DNA of 64,000 nt from Lingula anatina (Eukaryota > Animalia > Brachiopoda), in assembly GCA_051362555.1 (NCBI GenBank), contig CM120641.1, forward strand, positions 19,282,001-19,346,000. Reading direction: 5' to 3'. The notes under the pieces were generated by a model. It had not been told where the DNA came from and made no database searches. It saw only the letters and a program-made list of their open reading frames with translations. Made by a program: the position numbers and the translations under genes. Below are positions 1 through 14,300 of the stretch, piece after piece. The number at the start of each line of letters is the position of its first letter. The first letter of the stretch is position 1.

Positions 1-59
1 TTTGATTTAAACCCCCAAAAGGAAATTCAAAAAATTTAACTGTTTTTTTTTTTCTTCAG

Positions 60-109
60 ACTTGGGGAAAGTGGAAGATGAAATATTCAAAAACAGAAGG
101 CAGAGAGAT
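60..109 (+). CDS. XRN2: XRN2 exon ([16 protein letters not shown])
   Basis: Poly-T...cttcag acceptor and gtatgt donor; matches the XRN 'G.VED.IFK.R' motif. Confidence 0.9.
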
Positions 110-2315
110 GTATGTATAGACTTTTGACTTTTGTTTATTTAAATTTTGCACTATAATTTGATAGACTATTAATTTTCTTCTGATATCCTTTGTACAGTTG
201 GAAAAAAGAAAATAATCCTCCCTAGCAACAGGCAGGCTAATCACTAATTGTAAATTGTCTGAAACATCACTCTTCAGCTTGACTTCAAACGAAGAGATAA
301 AGAAAAAAGGAAGAGAGCAAAAATGTGGAAAAATTCAGACCGCCCTGCTTGGACACCAGGAGGAGGATTTGCACCACAGGTATACTAAAACATCAAATAA
401 TCTTAGACTTCCTGACTGTAGCACATCTTTTTATTATAGCCAACCATGTACTTTATTCAACAAAATTATTAACATTTTCTTCTTTTTTAGTTGAGTTAGA
501 TCTGTTTTCATATTACATTGAAGGATTTAATTGCTTACATTTTATTAAGTGGTTATACCAACAAGTTGCTTATAGCAAAATGATTTCAGTTCATTTGTTT
601 CCAATCTTGCCATAAAATTCACAATTTTTTGAAATATTGAACTTAGCTTGAGTATTATGGGTGGTGCAGACCAGCTCTTTCATTTTCAAATAATACATGC
701 CTGCTTGTCATGTCTGAACTTCAGTGATGTTTGACCGAAGTTTCTCACACCAATCACAAGTATTATATTGGTCTATTATCATTTTCACATGTCATTCTAC
801 AGAATCACGAAATAAGGATAGCCAAATGAACATTTGTGATGGGCATAGTAAACCGGTAAACTTCAATCAAACTTATCAGTAAAAATCAAAGTCAGATAAG
901 CATACAGATATATTGAAGTTTGAAAACGCATCAGACCTGAAGCTCAGGGTAATGGTAATATTTACTTCTGTTATCAGAGAATTGGCAGCACCCCCAGCCC
1001 TGTGACCAATGTCCGGCAGGAGGCTTACAAGATGAGAATGGAGGGACAGAGGAGGACCATGGGCTCCACAGCTAACCAGGAGGCAGCACAGGTTTTGAAG
1101 GCTATGCTCAGATCAGATGGAGAAGAGGTGAAGTCTTGAGCAGATGTAGTTATCTCAGAGAAATTGATTGTATTGGATGTTTTTTTTAATGAATGGATTT
1201 TATAGGAGTGGTTGGTATCCTAGCCTTTGAAAACTATGCTCAGTCTAACAACTTGGGGTTTTATACATGAGGTATTTAGGAGAAAGCTTTTCTTGAAATA
1301 AAGCTACTGAGGGATGCAAGACAAATGGGTATGCTAGGAGAGGGTAGGTAGGTAGGGGATTGAGACAGTTACCTGTAGATATAGTGGAAGTCTTAAAACT
1401 TCTCTTCAAACTGATATGATTTCGTCTTTATGCATCCCTAGCTGAAATATCTGAATGAGTATGCAAGAATATTGTATGGATTAATTCGAAACAGATATAG
1501 CTTATATTTCATTTCTTGCTGATAGTGCTAGTGCTTTATTATACAAGGTTTGATTAGGTTGCAACTTCAGTTTCTCAAATTTTCAGAGCAAGAACAAAGA
1601 TGACAAGACAGCAGGCAAGAGAACCTCGACAGAGGCTGACCTTGACAGCGACGAGGAACCTGAACCAGCTGATGAAGTTAGGTAGGACAGGCTGCTTAAT
1701 TATATCAGGGGCGTGTTTCCATCTGACATGGTTCCACCTAGCTTGACAAAACCCTTACTCAGTAGGCAGTTTTATTATGAAATGCTCAGCATTAGAAGCC
1801 AATGACAACAGAGAGTGGTTTTGCTCCCTGTGGTGATCTAATCGTAATCTAGTGGCTGACTGAGACAGTTACATTGAGTTTGGCTGATCCAGTAACTGTA
1901 AAGTGTTTACTTTGAAATTAAAAGTCTTCTTGACACTCATAATTATATTTTTTTTATTGCTTTTTTTTCCAGAAACCAGTCAGTCTGAGTATTTAATGCT
2001 TCAAATAAATGTTTTTAACTTTGTTTTAGAGATGTTGATGAGAAGACAATTTTGTGCTGACCATGTATTCTATCCTTGACATTGATTAGTTTTGACCAAA
2101 AGACAGAAGAATAATAAATCTATGAAAATGTGTTAATGTCTTTTATTTATTTCAGATTGTGGGAAGATGGGTGGAAAGACAGATATTACCAGAGCAAATT
2201 TGATGTTGGAGAGAATGATGTGGAATTCAGGATTAAAGTGGTATGATTGTCATATAGATTTTTAAACTGCAAATTAACAGAAAAGTGTCCTGAAGAGACT
2301 AGTATATAAAATTTA

Positions 2316-2397
<82 letters not shown>

Positions 2398-5300
2398 AAA
2401 TGGAAGATGTATTCCCATTTGTCATGATATCAATTGACATTTTGTCAAATGAAAGGCTCTCAAATGACTAAAGTAATATTCAATATCATGTCACTCGGAG
2501 AAAAAGGTGTTCAAGTTAATGTAAATTCCTGTCTTCTATTTTTGCCTGTTCTAGGTTTTAATTATCTGTACTTATTATCACAATGATTTTTATTATTATT
2601 ATTTTTTAAATTTCTTTTTTTGATTTGATTCCAGGCACAGAACTATGTTCGAGGTTTGTGCTGGGTATTAAGATACTACTACCAGGTAAGTCAAGGATGG
2701 AATGAAGTATTTGCTCTGTTTTACTTCTAATATACAAATAGAAATAGGGAATTATAATAGCATACCTGCACTAGAATGATATAGCATTACAGGAAAAAAT
2801 TACTCCAAATGACACCAATACTTATCTGTATGTCAATTATTCAGAATTGTTTGAAACTAATTATATTCAAAATAAATAGGTAGATGAATAAATGAAGTAA
2901 TACATGATGTAGGATGTATGAGATGAAAATGACTTAAATAAATTGGATCTTTCTTTGGGATAACAGTTTTTAAGCTGGAGAAAAATCCCATCTGTAAATA
3001 ATTTTATTCTTTCTGTCTTACTAGGGCTGTGCATCATGGAAGTGGTACTTCCCATATCATTATGCACCCTTTGCCTCAGACTTTATCAACATAGGTGATC
3101 TGCCCAATGATTTTGAGATGGACACGGAGCCAGTAGGTGTCACCAGTCATGGTGAACTGAAACCTGTAGTCTCCTCCTATTAAGATAATCTTAGCGCACA
3201 AGACTTTTCTCAATAAGAATGGTGGTGGGCAAGGCTACAGATTAGATTTGCTCAAAATCATAGTTACCTGAGATGCGTTGCACTGACTTTGTAACCCAAC
3301 TTGAGTCCCAGTAACTCTCAGAATGGGATGAAATGAAAATTAAAAAGAAGAAATAACATTTTTTTTAGTTATAAAATAAGCAGAAAGTTTTTTAATTTAT
3401 AATAACACATTATTATCCTTTAGAAAGTATTTTGATTTATCATATTTGCGTCTTTTTAAATGCATCACAAATTTCTGTGGCAAAATTTGAAACTTAAATA
3501 TAATTTTGCACATGATGTGAAAAGGGAATGCAACTGTCTTACATCCCCCCCCCCCCTCAAAAAAAATATAATAAAATAATTGTCATTAAACATGTAGATA
3601 ATTTAGTCTTATCCACAAAATTGTCAGCTCTGGTCCTGTGAATTTTTTTTAAACAGACAGTTATATCCTTATGTATTTTTTCCAGTTTAAGCCTTTGGAG
3701 CAGCTGATGGGGGTGTTCCCTGCAGCCAGCAAGAAGCATCTACCTATTACCTGGCAGATTCTTATGTGTGATCCAGTAAGTAAATGTAGAACTCCTAAAT
3801 CCAGTTTACATGTGAACTGAAGTTGCCTGGTCTTGAGACTGAGAATTTTTAGCTGTTTTGACCCAGGCAGAATCAGTAGTAACCCACTGAAATGGGGGTT
3901 AAAGGCTCGTTTCACATAAAGAATATTACCATTGTCTGTATTAGATATGTAAAGTATGTTGGTTTGTACTGACTGACATGCGTCAAATATGTTTATAACA
4001 CCAAAGATGATTATTTTAAGTTTTTTTATAGAATGTATCTAACATTGGTTATATATAACCTGTTGAGGGCTTTGTGATAAAAATTTTCTTGTCTTCAAAG
4101 TATGAATTAAGTATGGTTGTTTGCTTATTGTATATTGGACTATAACTTGGAATATGGACTTTAAAAGTGGCTCAGCTTTTACTCACATATACTTTATTTC
4201 TTACACTATGACTCAGGATTCTCCAGTCATTGATTTTTACCCCATTGACTTCAAGATTGACCTAAATGGAAAGAAATATGCTTGGCAGGGTAAGATTTCA
4301 GCTCAACACTTTTTCATTTTATTAAAGCAAAGAAACGATGTTTTGTGCTAAGTATTTCATTGTTATATTCTCACTAATGATACAATTTGTGAGATAACCA
4401 TGTGGGTATGAGTGCATCCATGTATATAAATTTGCATCACTAGCTGGTATATATCCATGAAGGTTTTATCTTATTTCATTTTCCAGGAGTTGCTCTCCTA
4501 CCTTTTGTGGATGAGAAACGTCTCAAAGATGCTTTGAAGAGTGTATATCCAGATATAACTTCTGAAGAAAGTAAGCAGAGTATTATGGCTTTTTGTAGAT
4601 GATCAGTCATTGGTTGAGTTTTATATATACTTGTTAATTTTAATCTACTGCTGGACTTTCAGAGTGCAACAGGTATATCTAAGGAAGTGTTGTTTGGTGG
4701 TCCTGAGGAGGACATCTGCCTATACCAGATGGTTTACATGATTAATTGTTTTGGCCTTAATAATAGGTCTCTTGCTGTAAACAAATTTTTTTAAAAAGCT
4801 GATTTTATTGCCCATCAAAAGTTTTATCAGCTGTGCACTCAGAGATACAACAATAATTTTTGTTATGTATTGACTGTAATGTTGTCATGCCCAAATTCAG
4901 GACTCTTATAAACAAATGGTCTGAATATACTGAGATAATTTTTTTTTTCAGAATTTAGAAACATCCGAGGAGAAGACAGGATATTTGTGGGCAAAAGCAA
5001 TCCTTCACACTCATTTTTAGAGGCTTTGTATGAGGGAGATGCTGTAACTGACCCCATAGATCTGGATGGCAAGTTAACTTCTGGAATACGAGGCACAGTG
5101 TGGTGTGATACATTGGCAGTCATGACAGGAGAGTAAGTTACTTTCAAGATGTGTTGAGCTGGCATCATGCTGGTCGCAAGGCTTTTGCTACTTGCTGAAA
5201 TGATCGATGTTGGGTTAGATATGTAAGAAATTCAGTTGTTTCATATAAGAATTGACTTAAAATTGATTTGGATTTATAATTCACGATTTGATCAAGTTTT

Positions 5301-8300
5301 AAGTGATGCCATTGTGAGTGAGTCTAGTTTTAAGTGTAAAATGTCACAGTCGCCAGTGTGTGGATAATTTCTCTTAAAAGGTTTTTTATAAGATTATTCG
5401 AGTAATGACAGTTTACTATCAGAGTTGACGGTAGCAGGGAATTGACCTGTAGTTATAAAAAATCAAGCATTCTTTGCATGTCTGCTTGAATTATTGTCCC
5501 CTACATCCCTTTAAAGATATTTTTCTATTTGTTAAATTTAATTATATCAATGGAACACAAAATTTTTTACTGCAACCTTTGAATGTTTTAACATGCAGTG
5601 CTACCAAGCAGGTCCGTTATTTGTAAAATTAGTCTTCTTAATCTTCTAACATTTTGCAAAGTGAGGCCAATGCAGTCAGCCACAGGTTCTATTAGGTTTT
5701 GACCTTTTTCTTGTTCTTTATTTCAGTACAGTGAAGTCTCCCCTTCCACAGCTAAAAGATCTCAAAGACAACAAAGTCATAAGGTATGTAGATAACAATG
5801 TTTAAAATGAAAGATTTCTACAATTTATCCATTGATGTTCCAAATTGAGGATCTGTTTTGCATGAAAGTTAGAGTAAATTATTGTCTGGGGAAAAATTAA
5901 GAATAAAGTTGAGAAAAAAAGGGTATCTTTAAAAGTTTGAGAAAATGATGTAAGATATTGAAAATATGTCTCAATTAATGACATGAAAATAAGATTGTTT
6001 TACATTCTTGGTGCTAAAAAGCACAATTTCATTACCACATTTCATTAAATGATGAATACAGCATAATTCAGTGTAATTTCAGGGCACCTACTACATATTC
6101 TGCAGAAATGCTGGCATTTTCTGAAAAATTATGAACTACAAGATTCTTACAGAAGCTATGGCTCTCTAACAATATGATTATTCATGTTACCTTGCAGGAT
6201 AACACAGATACACCAGCTTAACTTTTATTGAATACTCTGTTTGATGTACACTATAATGTCCCTTGTTTGAAACAGACGAAAACAGGTTTGTGTACAGTTA
6301 CAACCTTTATCTCTTTCCATGTCCAGTGCATTGTATAAAGACCCGCAGTATGAACGTGGATATCTCTTCCCAGCTAAATTGTTGGAAAATGTTCAGTAAG
6401 TAGCCACTTTGTCAGCTTTTTGAGGAAAGTTTATTGTTACATTCCACAAATGATAATAATAATAATGGTATTAATAATAATAAGTAATTATAATAATAAC
6501 TATGAATAACTATGAGGAAATTTATTAACAAAACTGTTTTTTCAATGACTTCATGGGAATCTAGTTTATTGTGTCAAGGTAATGACCAAGGCATTTTATT
6601 CCTTGAAAGTCATTTGATAAGGCATGATTTTATTTTAGTTTTAAAAGAGGGTTAGATTTAAATTTGCATAGATTCTGAAAAGGAATTACTATTATAACAC
6701 CTTACGTTGAGATCAGTTTTTCTTTAAAAAAATACAATTAAATGTCATCAACTTGATGAATTGAAGATAGTTGAATTGCTGTTGACTTTAAAGCACTCCC
6801 TTAATTTTGCCCTTGATGATATCAAAGGATGCCTCCAAAGACACTTAAGCCAGAGGGGATGGGCAGGAACCAACCTTACAGACCACAGCTGGGTTTTGAT
6901 CGTAATAGCCATTACCGCAACCCAGCCGACAAAGATATTTCTTCTGCACAGAGGATGATAAGGTACCGGTATTTACATGTTAGCATCCTAGCAGATATTT
7001 TATTATTGTCACTTCATTTTAGCCAGTTATCTGCAATGTTTTTGCCCAGTTCAATTCTTAAACAAGTAAAGTACAGATATGAGGAATGTGAGTAGATAAT
7101 TTTGGGCTTGGTGAATTATTGAAAACCAGTGGTAAAAAGGTGTAAGTGCCAGAATAGATCCACATCTTATCAATTTGTCTTCTCAGCACTTCAGTTTGCT
7201 GGCCATTAAAGAAAATTTGTCAGTCAAATCTTTCTATATTTATTGCAATGTTTTACCCTATAGTACTTTGTTTGAGCAGAGGGATATCTCTAGCAGAAGT
7301 AAAATTTTGGTGATTTATTCTATGGCACCTTTTATCCAAAATGTGCTAACATAAGAGAAGCAGTTAGTTGTTTAGTTACTGCCATCACTTGTTTTTTTAA
7401 GATTGACTTAAATTTTTGTTCTTCAACAAAAGTGTACATTTCCAAATTTTGTTTTTATTTATCACATCTAACACTAAGTTTTGAGATTAGGTCTAAACCT
7501 GGGAGTGCACATTTGCCCAAAACTTACAAGAAAAATTAAACTTCGTACATCAATTTTAGTGTGATCTTTTTCTTTCTCCCAGGCACAACATGGACAGGTT
7601 TGCGGGACAGGGCACATACAGTAATGCACCACCACCAGGACATTATGGCAGAAGTTTTATGGGTAATGGTCCACCGCCACTCATGAGAATGGGTGGTAAG
7701 TGAAGTTAGACAGTAATTTTTGTTTATAGATCAATTTTGATTTAAATTCAAGCTTAATAATAACTGTCTAGCTTGTGGGTCACAGAAGTATTTTGGGTCT
7801 TTTTTTTTTTAAAGAAAGAATTTTCACTTATCTTTAAACAGTTTTTCAGGTTCTCTTTTATACTTGTATGAGTGGTTATTGTTTTTATTGTTGCTCTTAA
7901 CCTCATAAGAATGAATGATTAGTGAGTAGTATTGTAGTGGATGTAGGAATTCTGTTTTGTATGGTGCTGCCATCTGTTGGGTCTTTTTTTACAGCACAGA
8001 AGAAGCACAATAGATTATAAAAATAGGGAAAGCAATCCTCTCAGAAATCTACTGTCATATTTCTCAGCAAAGGAAATATACTTTAGCTTTAATATCTTTG
8101 CTTCAATATCTCACCTGAATGCAAAAAGGCTTTTTCAGTTTTTGATGAAAAAATGTGTACCTGATATGAAAAAAATGATAAAAAGACATATTAAAGAATT
8201 GAACTGAGTGAACTATGATATTAAACAGACCTTATCATAATGATTCCCTTATTTTTATACTTGATGGTATTTGAAGTATGCCCCATTACATAATGTGCAA

Positions 8301-11300
8301 ATCCATATGGATTTACGAAATTTCCCCAAAGCATAACAAACACGTTAGACCTGTCAAATTAGATAAGATAAGAAAATTATTCAGGATTATTTCTCTTGAG
8401 TGTTTAGCCAGCATATGACTCAAAATTTTTTTTCTGCTTAAAAAATGAATGTATTTGTCTTGCCATCTGAGAAAAATTCTTTATTTTTATAGAAGTTTTA
8501 TATCCTGACAGCTGCCCACATTACAGGGTGTATGAGTAGTTGTTTAATCTGTTCAGAGACATCATGCCTGAGCTGATATTACGAACAGTCGAGCACTCTT
8601 GAGCCAAAAACTATGTCCTGTGTCAGTTCCAAAATTGAAAGTAAGACGAGATAATTAAAGACAAACTCTTGACATGTTTATTAGCATGCATCATAAGGGC
8701 TATTGTTTTGAGTGAACTGACACGATTAATAGCTTCAGATAGGACTGGTAACTTGGGGTCTCTTCTTAAGAACAATCAACCAAACATATTGAGTGGGATT
8801 AAGGCAAGTTAAGCTACCTCTTACATAAAGGTTAAGACATAAGGCTCACGCGCCATGAGTGGCACCAGACAAGGTTTCTGGACCAACATCTCTGTCTCCT
8901 TTAAACTTGTAAGTCAACACTCTGTGCAAGCAAAACCACCCCGGTTCCCCTTCTCCCCGTCTTGACAGCCCCATGGCCGAGACAAACTGTTTAACCTTTG
9001 CGCCATATTGGTGTTATCCGCTTTTGTTTCTTTCATTTAGTAATCTTGAAATTTTGGCATGGCAAAGTGAATCAGCAACTGCCATGTTTTGCATGTTTGC
9101 TAACCTTATTTGGTCAAATGATTTTCTGGTGAAATTTATTTGGTGTCTATGTTAATATGTTGAATTATAATCGGCTTGGTTGACAATCAGGTCTGCATTT
9201 GATAGGGAGTAATTCTCATTTTAAAACATTCTGTAAACAAGTGTGAAAGTAAGAATATTTGGAGAAGAGAAAAATTAAGCACTGGATATAGCTATTGAAG
9301 GATCTACAAAATTCCAACAGTGTTCTTATATTGGACTGTGTGATTTTAGTTGTTTAGTTGTTTTTAAATTTATTTTGTTTTTTATTATTTTTATTTTTAA
9401 GTAGTATGTATCCAACAACTTAAAAGGTAAAAAAGTGTACAGTGGGGAAGTTTTTATATTTGGTCGGTTAACAGGGATGTTTTTGCTCAGAATTGCTCTT
9501 CTGCTATTAGTATTTATTTCCCTTTTTCTTCCACATGTGTATAAAATTATAATATTTTTTTATAATATTTTTTATTTGTAACATTTGAAGTGCCCCTTTC
9601 AAACCCTCCTCCCACACATAAAAAAAAAGAAAAGAAAGAGAGATAGAGGGGAAAATGAAAAATCAGAATTAAATCACAAGTGACAATTGGTGTAAATGTT
9701 ATGTCCATTGAAGCACAAGAGCACATTGTGGAGAGGTAAGTGGTAGCGACGTGGCAGCTGCCCCGCTGTAACTGAGCATACCATTATCTTCCCCATGCCA
9801 CACTGAGCACCATGAGGACTGGGCTGGCTCAGGTTACAGTGAACATGGTTCTTAGTCATGGTGTCATTGTTTTTATTTCCTTTTATGTCCAAAATTGACA
9901 GAATTACAGTATTCATGAATGGTAGAACTGATCTGATTTTTATCAGTTTGTTTACTGTGAAAAATGAAATCCAAAGACAGAAATCCATGGAATATGCATA
10001 ATTTGAAGGTTGGAACACAACTGCATAACTTGCAATATTTAGATTTGTGTGTAGGTTTTACTACATATTCAGAATTAGTGTTTACTGGAATTGAGTTGTC
10101 TGTCAGTCTGTCTGTTCTTTCATAGATCCAATTTTTGATTGTGTGAAATTTTAAACACATAAAAGACCTTGACCTTGAATTGTTGTGCTCCCTGGTATAC
10201 AGAAGTCATTATGAAGGATTTCCAGATTTCAGAGGTAACTTATTTTTTATTTTTGAATCTTAGAAAATTGAACTGACACTCAAATTTAATTGAATTTCTC
10301 ATCCCTTTCCTTCAGGTTTCAGTGAATTTCAGTGAAATTTTACACACATGAGGATCTTAACATTAAGCTGTGCTCTGTGGTAATTAGGTCATGGTGTGAG
10401 ATCCATGGAAATAAGAATCTTGGTAGGTGTGTTGGTCTCTCCTTTATCTGTCACAAGTTTCACAACCTTGACAATTTGTGAATGTAATAACTTCAATTAG
10501 GGGTGAACTAGGACTGCCATATTTGGAATACAATTTTCCAATGGGTTTCCTGAATGAACTGCTCTCTGGTTTACCCTCACCTTCACCCTCTTGTCAAGGT
10601 CAGAGGTCATTGATGGACAAACTTTTGGGCTCAATTACTTGAGAAAGAACTAAAAGGCAGACCAAGCTTCATACACAAAATAATCAGGTCTTACAGTACG
10701 CTTGTTCCAGAAGAGAGCTTTTCTCTCATATTATCACTAAATCGGAACACAATGGCATGGGTATTTGTTCTAGAGATTTTAATGTTCTTACTCAATGGTT
10801 GCATCACTTTATATCTGTGAGAAGCTAGAAAACATTAAATACAAAAAGGTCCCAGCTTGCAGTTAACAATTTGTATTAAAATACATTTTGTGTTTGAAGG
10901 CATTAATATATAATTCACATTCTGCTTTTGTCAACATGATATATATTGTCAACACGCAACCAATAACATACATAATTTATGATAACCAGTTGATTATCTT
11001 TATAATTCAAAGTGTACAAAATCTGTACCTGTTGAACTACTTGTTCAGTGTTCACAGTTTTCTAAAATAGTTTTGTGTGTCGAAATGAAGCAGTCCAGAG
11101 TAGCAATCATAAGTGCTCAAGTATTCTATGAAGAACTTGTGAGAAAATTGAAAAATGATTCAGTCTGAAAAGCTCCCAAGCTGTTGAAGCTGAACTACAG
11201 CCATTGTGGGCCAGGAATATTTGTACATTGCCACTTTTGAGTTTATGTATGACACCCTTCAGTGGTGAAAATCACAACTTTCTCACACATTCCTTTTATT

Positions 11301-14300
11301 GAAGGTTTCATAAGTAAATAACGTTGAGTGTTCACAGCCAGATTAAATAGTCGTTTTATCCTTTTTTTGCCTCCAGCGCGGCAATCCACATTTTTGATCA
11401 GAACATTGTTTGGCTGTGTGGTAATCCCCTTTTAACTCTTTGTTGAGGTCTAAAAAAGTGAAGTGGGTGGAAAACTTGCTTCTAATGTGGAAGGAGGATT
11501 TTCAAACAAAATGTCAAAATTGCCGCCTGATCTATTGTGAGTATTGGAGCAAGGCAGGTGATGGGACTGAGGCGACTGGATTGATAAGGAAACAATACTG
11601 TCTGCCTCTGTGTCACATTCGCTTCCAAGGTTGTTTTACAAGATTCCAATCGGAAAGAAGAAATTAATGAGACCCAGTTAATTTATTGCATTCAAGAGGC
11701 CTATTATTATCTGCTGTTACACTCCCTGTTGTTTTTTCAAGTACTATTGTCTGCAATGGAGGAGTATGTGTGGCTCCATCAACCTATTACCAGATTTTTC
11801 TCAATTCCACTTCGCTATTTTCTGCTCATTTGCATCGAAATTGTAGCTCATCAGTAGCTTTTGATCTCTTTTGTCAAACATGGATTGAATTTTCTTTCAT
11901 TTTTTTGCTCCTCTGTTAGAAAATTACACAGTTGCGTAGGTTTTTTTGCTTGGCAAGAGAAGAGCAGGTTTAAACTTGCATGAGCCTATTGATGGGCTGT
12001 AATGTATGATTGACTGAAGTGTAATGATTGTGAATAGCAGTTCGTTATGCCGAGTAAAGCTTCTGTCAATTTTACATGCAATTAGTATAAAAAAGACTCT
12101 TTAGTGAGCTTCAAAATTAGCGATTCAGAATCAATGGTTACACGGTTTGCGAGCATCTTCTTTGCAAGGAATTTGTTTTTGTAATGTTATGTTGACGTGC
12201 TATGCCATTCATGGAAGTAATTAAGAACAAATATAAGTCTACTTAAGATGTAGTTACAGTATTCTTGAGTAACTCACTCTCTGAGAAGTTGACATGTTGT
12301 CACTCCTAGGTATTTCGAACCCCTCCTTTGTATTATAGTAGGATTAATAGCCGACTCACAGGGAAACTGCTTCCATCTTGTAACAGGAGCTCGCCACGTA
12401 GTGCTTTAATTACAGCTTGACACCTTATTCAGGAGTTCATTTTCAGCAAACATTTTGAGATTTGGGCAGAACCCTCAGAAATTGGCTGTGTATTGTGTGC
12501 GCGTATCTGAAGAGGCTGGTAAGGAGGCTGCAGGTGTGGGTGTCAGCACAGAGGGCACGGTGCCTGGGTGCTTAATGCGGCAAAACGCAGCGACCAACAC
12601 GTACTTGTGGCATCTTTTCCGTTGCTCATTTTAATCTTAATGTTAGCAGTATTACTAATGGATAGGAATGTCTTTTTTTTTTTTTTTTTTACACATTTCA
12701 AGATTTATTGTATTAATGTTGTCATGATAATTTATCCTTTAGGTTGAGTTACATTTTTACTAAAGAGATGAAGCTCATATGGAATTACAATAAGAAAATT
12801 TGTCATCAAAGAATGTTCTGCTTCATATGGTTTATAAGGGATCATCCATGTGAACAGTGTTTTATCTTATCAGTGAAAACAGAAAGGGGAGTTCTTGATG
12901 ATAGAGAGGTGCCTTCATTGACTCATCTTTTCTACTTGACTGTAATCAGGATGGCACCTCATCTAGCCTGAAGGCTCCAACAAACTGAAGTACTTTTCTT
13001 TTTCTTTTTTTTTTTTTTTTTTTTGAGGGGGGGGGGGGGGTGTTATGATATTCAGTACCTCTGTAATTTTTTTTTAAATTTAATATTTGTATTGCAGTCA
13101 AAAAATGGTTCCTGTCCCTTTAAATCCCTCAATTTTGTCCATGCTATAGTTCAAAACAACTATTTTGAGCTCTGGCAAGAGTGGAAAGTCCAAGTGGATG
13201 GGAATGGGCAATACAGACAGTGAAAGTGAGATATAGTATTTTTAGACAAAGAAAAGTGGCTTTATTGATGACAATTGACTGTATGTAGGCCCTCTTGTAA
13301 GTCATCACAACTTCTTACTCGAGCTGTTTGGAGTGATTGTTTGGTCAATTGAGACACTATTGTCTTATTGGGTATCAACCAAGGCCCTTTATCAGTGCTC
13401 TTCAGTCAACTTGAGAGTACTTGGTGTGCACTTAGTACAACCCGGACGTCATCTGAGCCAGAGTTGGGTGCGAAGAGGAAAAAGTTATACAATCCCATGA
13501 GGATGCCAGAATAGTGAAAATCATGGGTAATATTGTGAGATGTGTGATACATCAACCCCTCTTGTTAGGCCTCACTGAACATGTGCTTATGGCACTTTAG
13601 GGGTGGGGAGGGGGGAGGTGGTTGGGAAAACCCCATAAAAAACATGACTTATGGACAAATATTGAAAAGTGACTTATAAATATGATTGTTTTAGTCTATA
13701 AATTGATCTCCATTCTGGATAAACAGGATGAAGATACATTGCAAAGCAATTTAGTTAATTATGGACCACTGTGGCTGTGCACTTGGCACCTACCTGTCCA
13801 CACCTCACCCATACACAGATGTCTGACTTACTCCTGCTGGTTTGGATGTTTGTGAGTAAAAGCTCCCTCATTAGAGGTAATTGAACGATCCCTCCCCATT
13901 TGTGACAAAGCGCTCTCCTGTAGATAGAGGTGTGAAGAGGCTGCAGGGGCAAATTGCCTACCAGCGGGTAATCGGGCTCTTTTCATGGTGATACATTGAC
14001 CATATGATCTGCCAAGTTGCCTCACAGCACGCCAAAGCAATACTCTCTACTTGAGAGGCACACTAGTTACATTAATCTTTTTCTTTTATTTTTTTGGGCT
14101 ATTTGTTTGGTAGCAATAAATGTGACTATTTGAGAAAGGGCTCTCTGTAGGCAGCTGATGCGGTGTAGGGTGGCTTAACTGACCTCTCTCCGGGTGGGGG
14201 AAGTCAGTCAAAGATGCCATTCTGATCTCACTAATTGGCAGGCGGGTAATTGATTCAGTTTCGAGTCATTTTGAGTCATCTGCCAGTGTCATCATCATAA

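Noticed and set aside
2186-2440. THTHTH-repeat ORF
   Set aside because: Translation of the (TG)n microsatellite.
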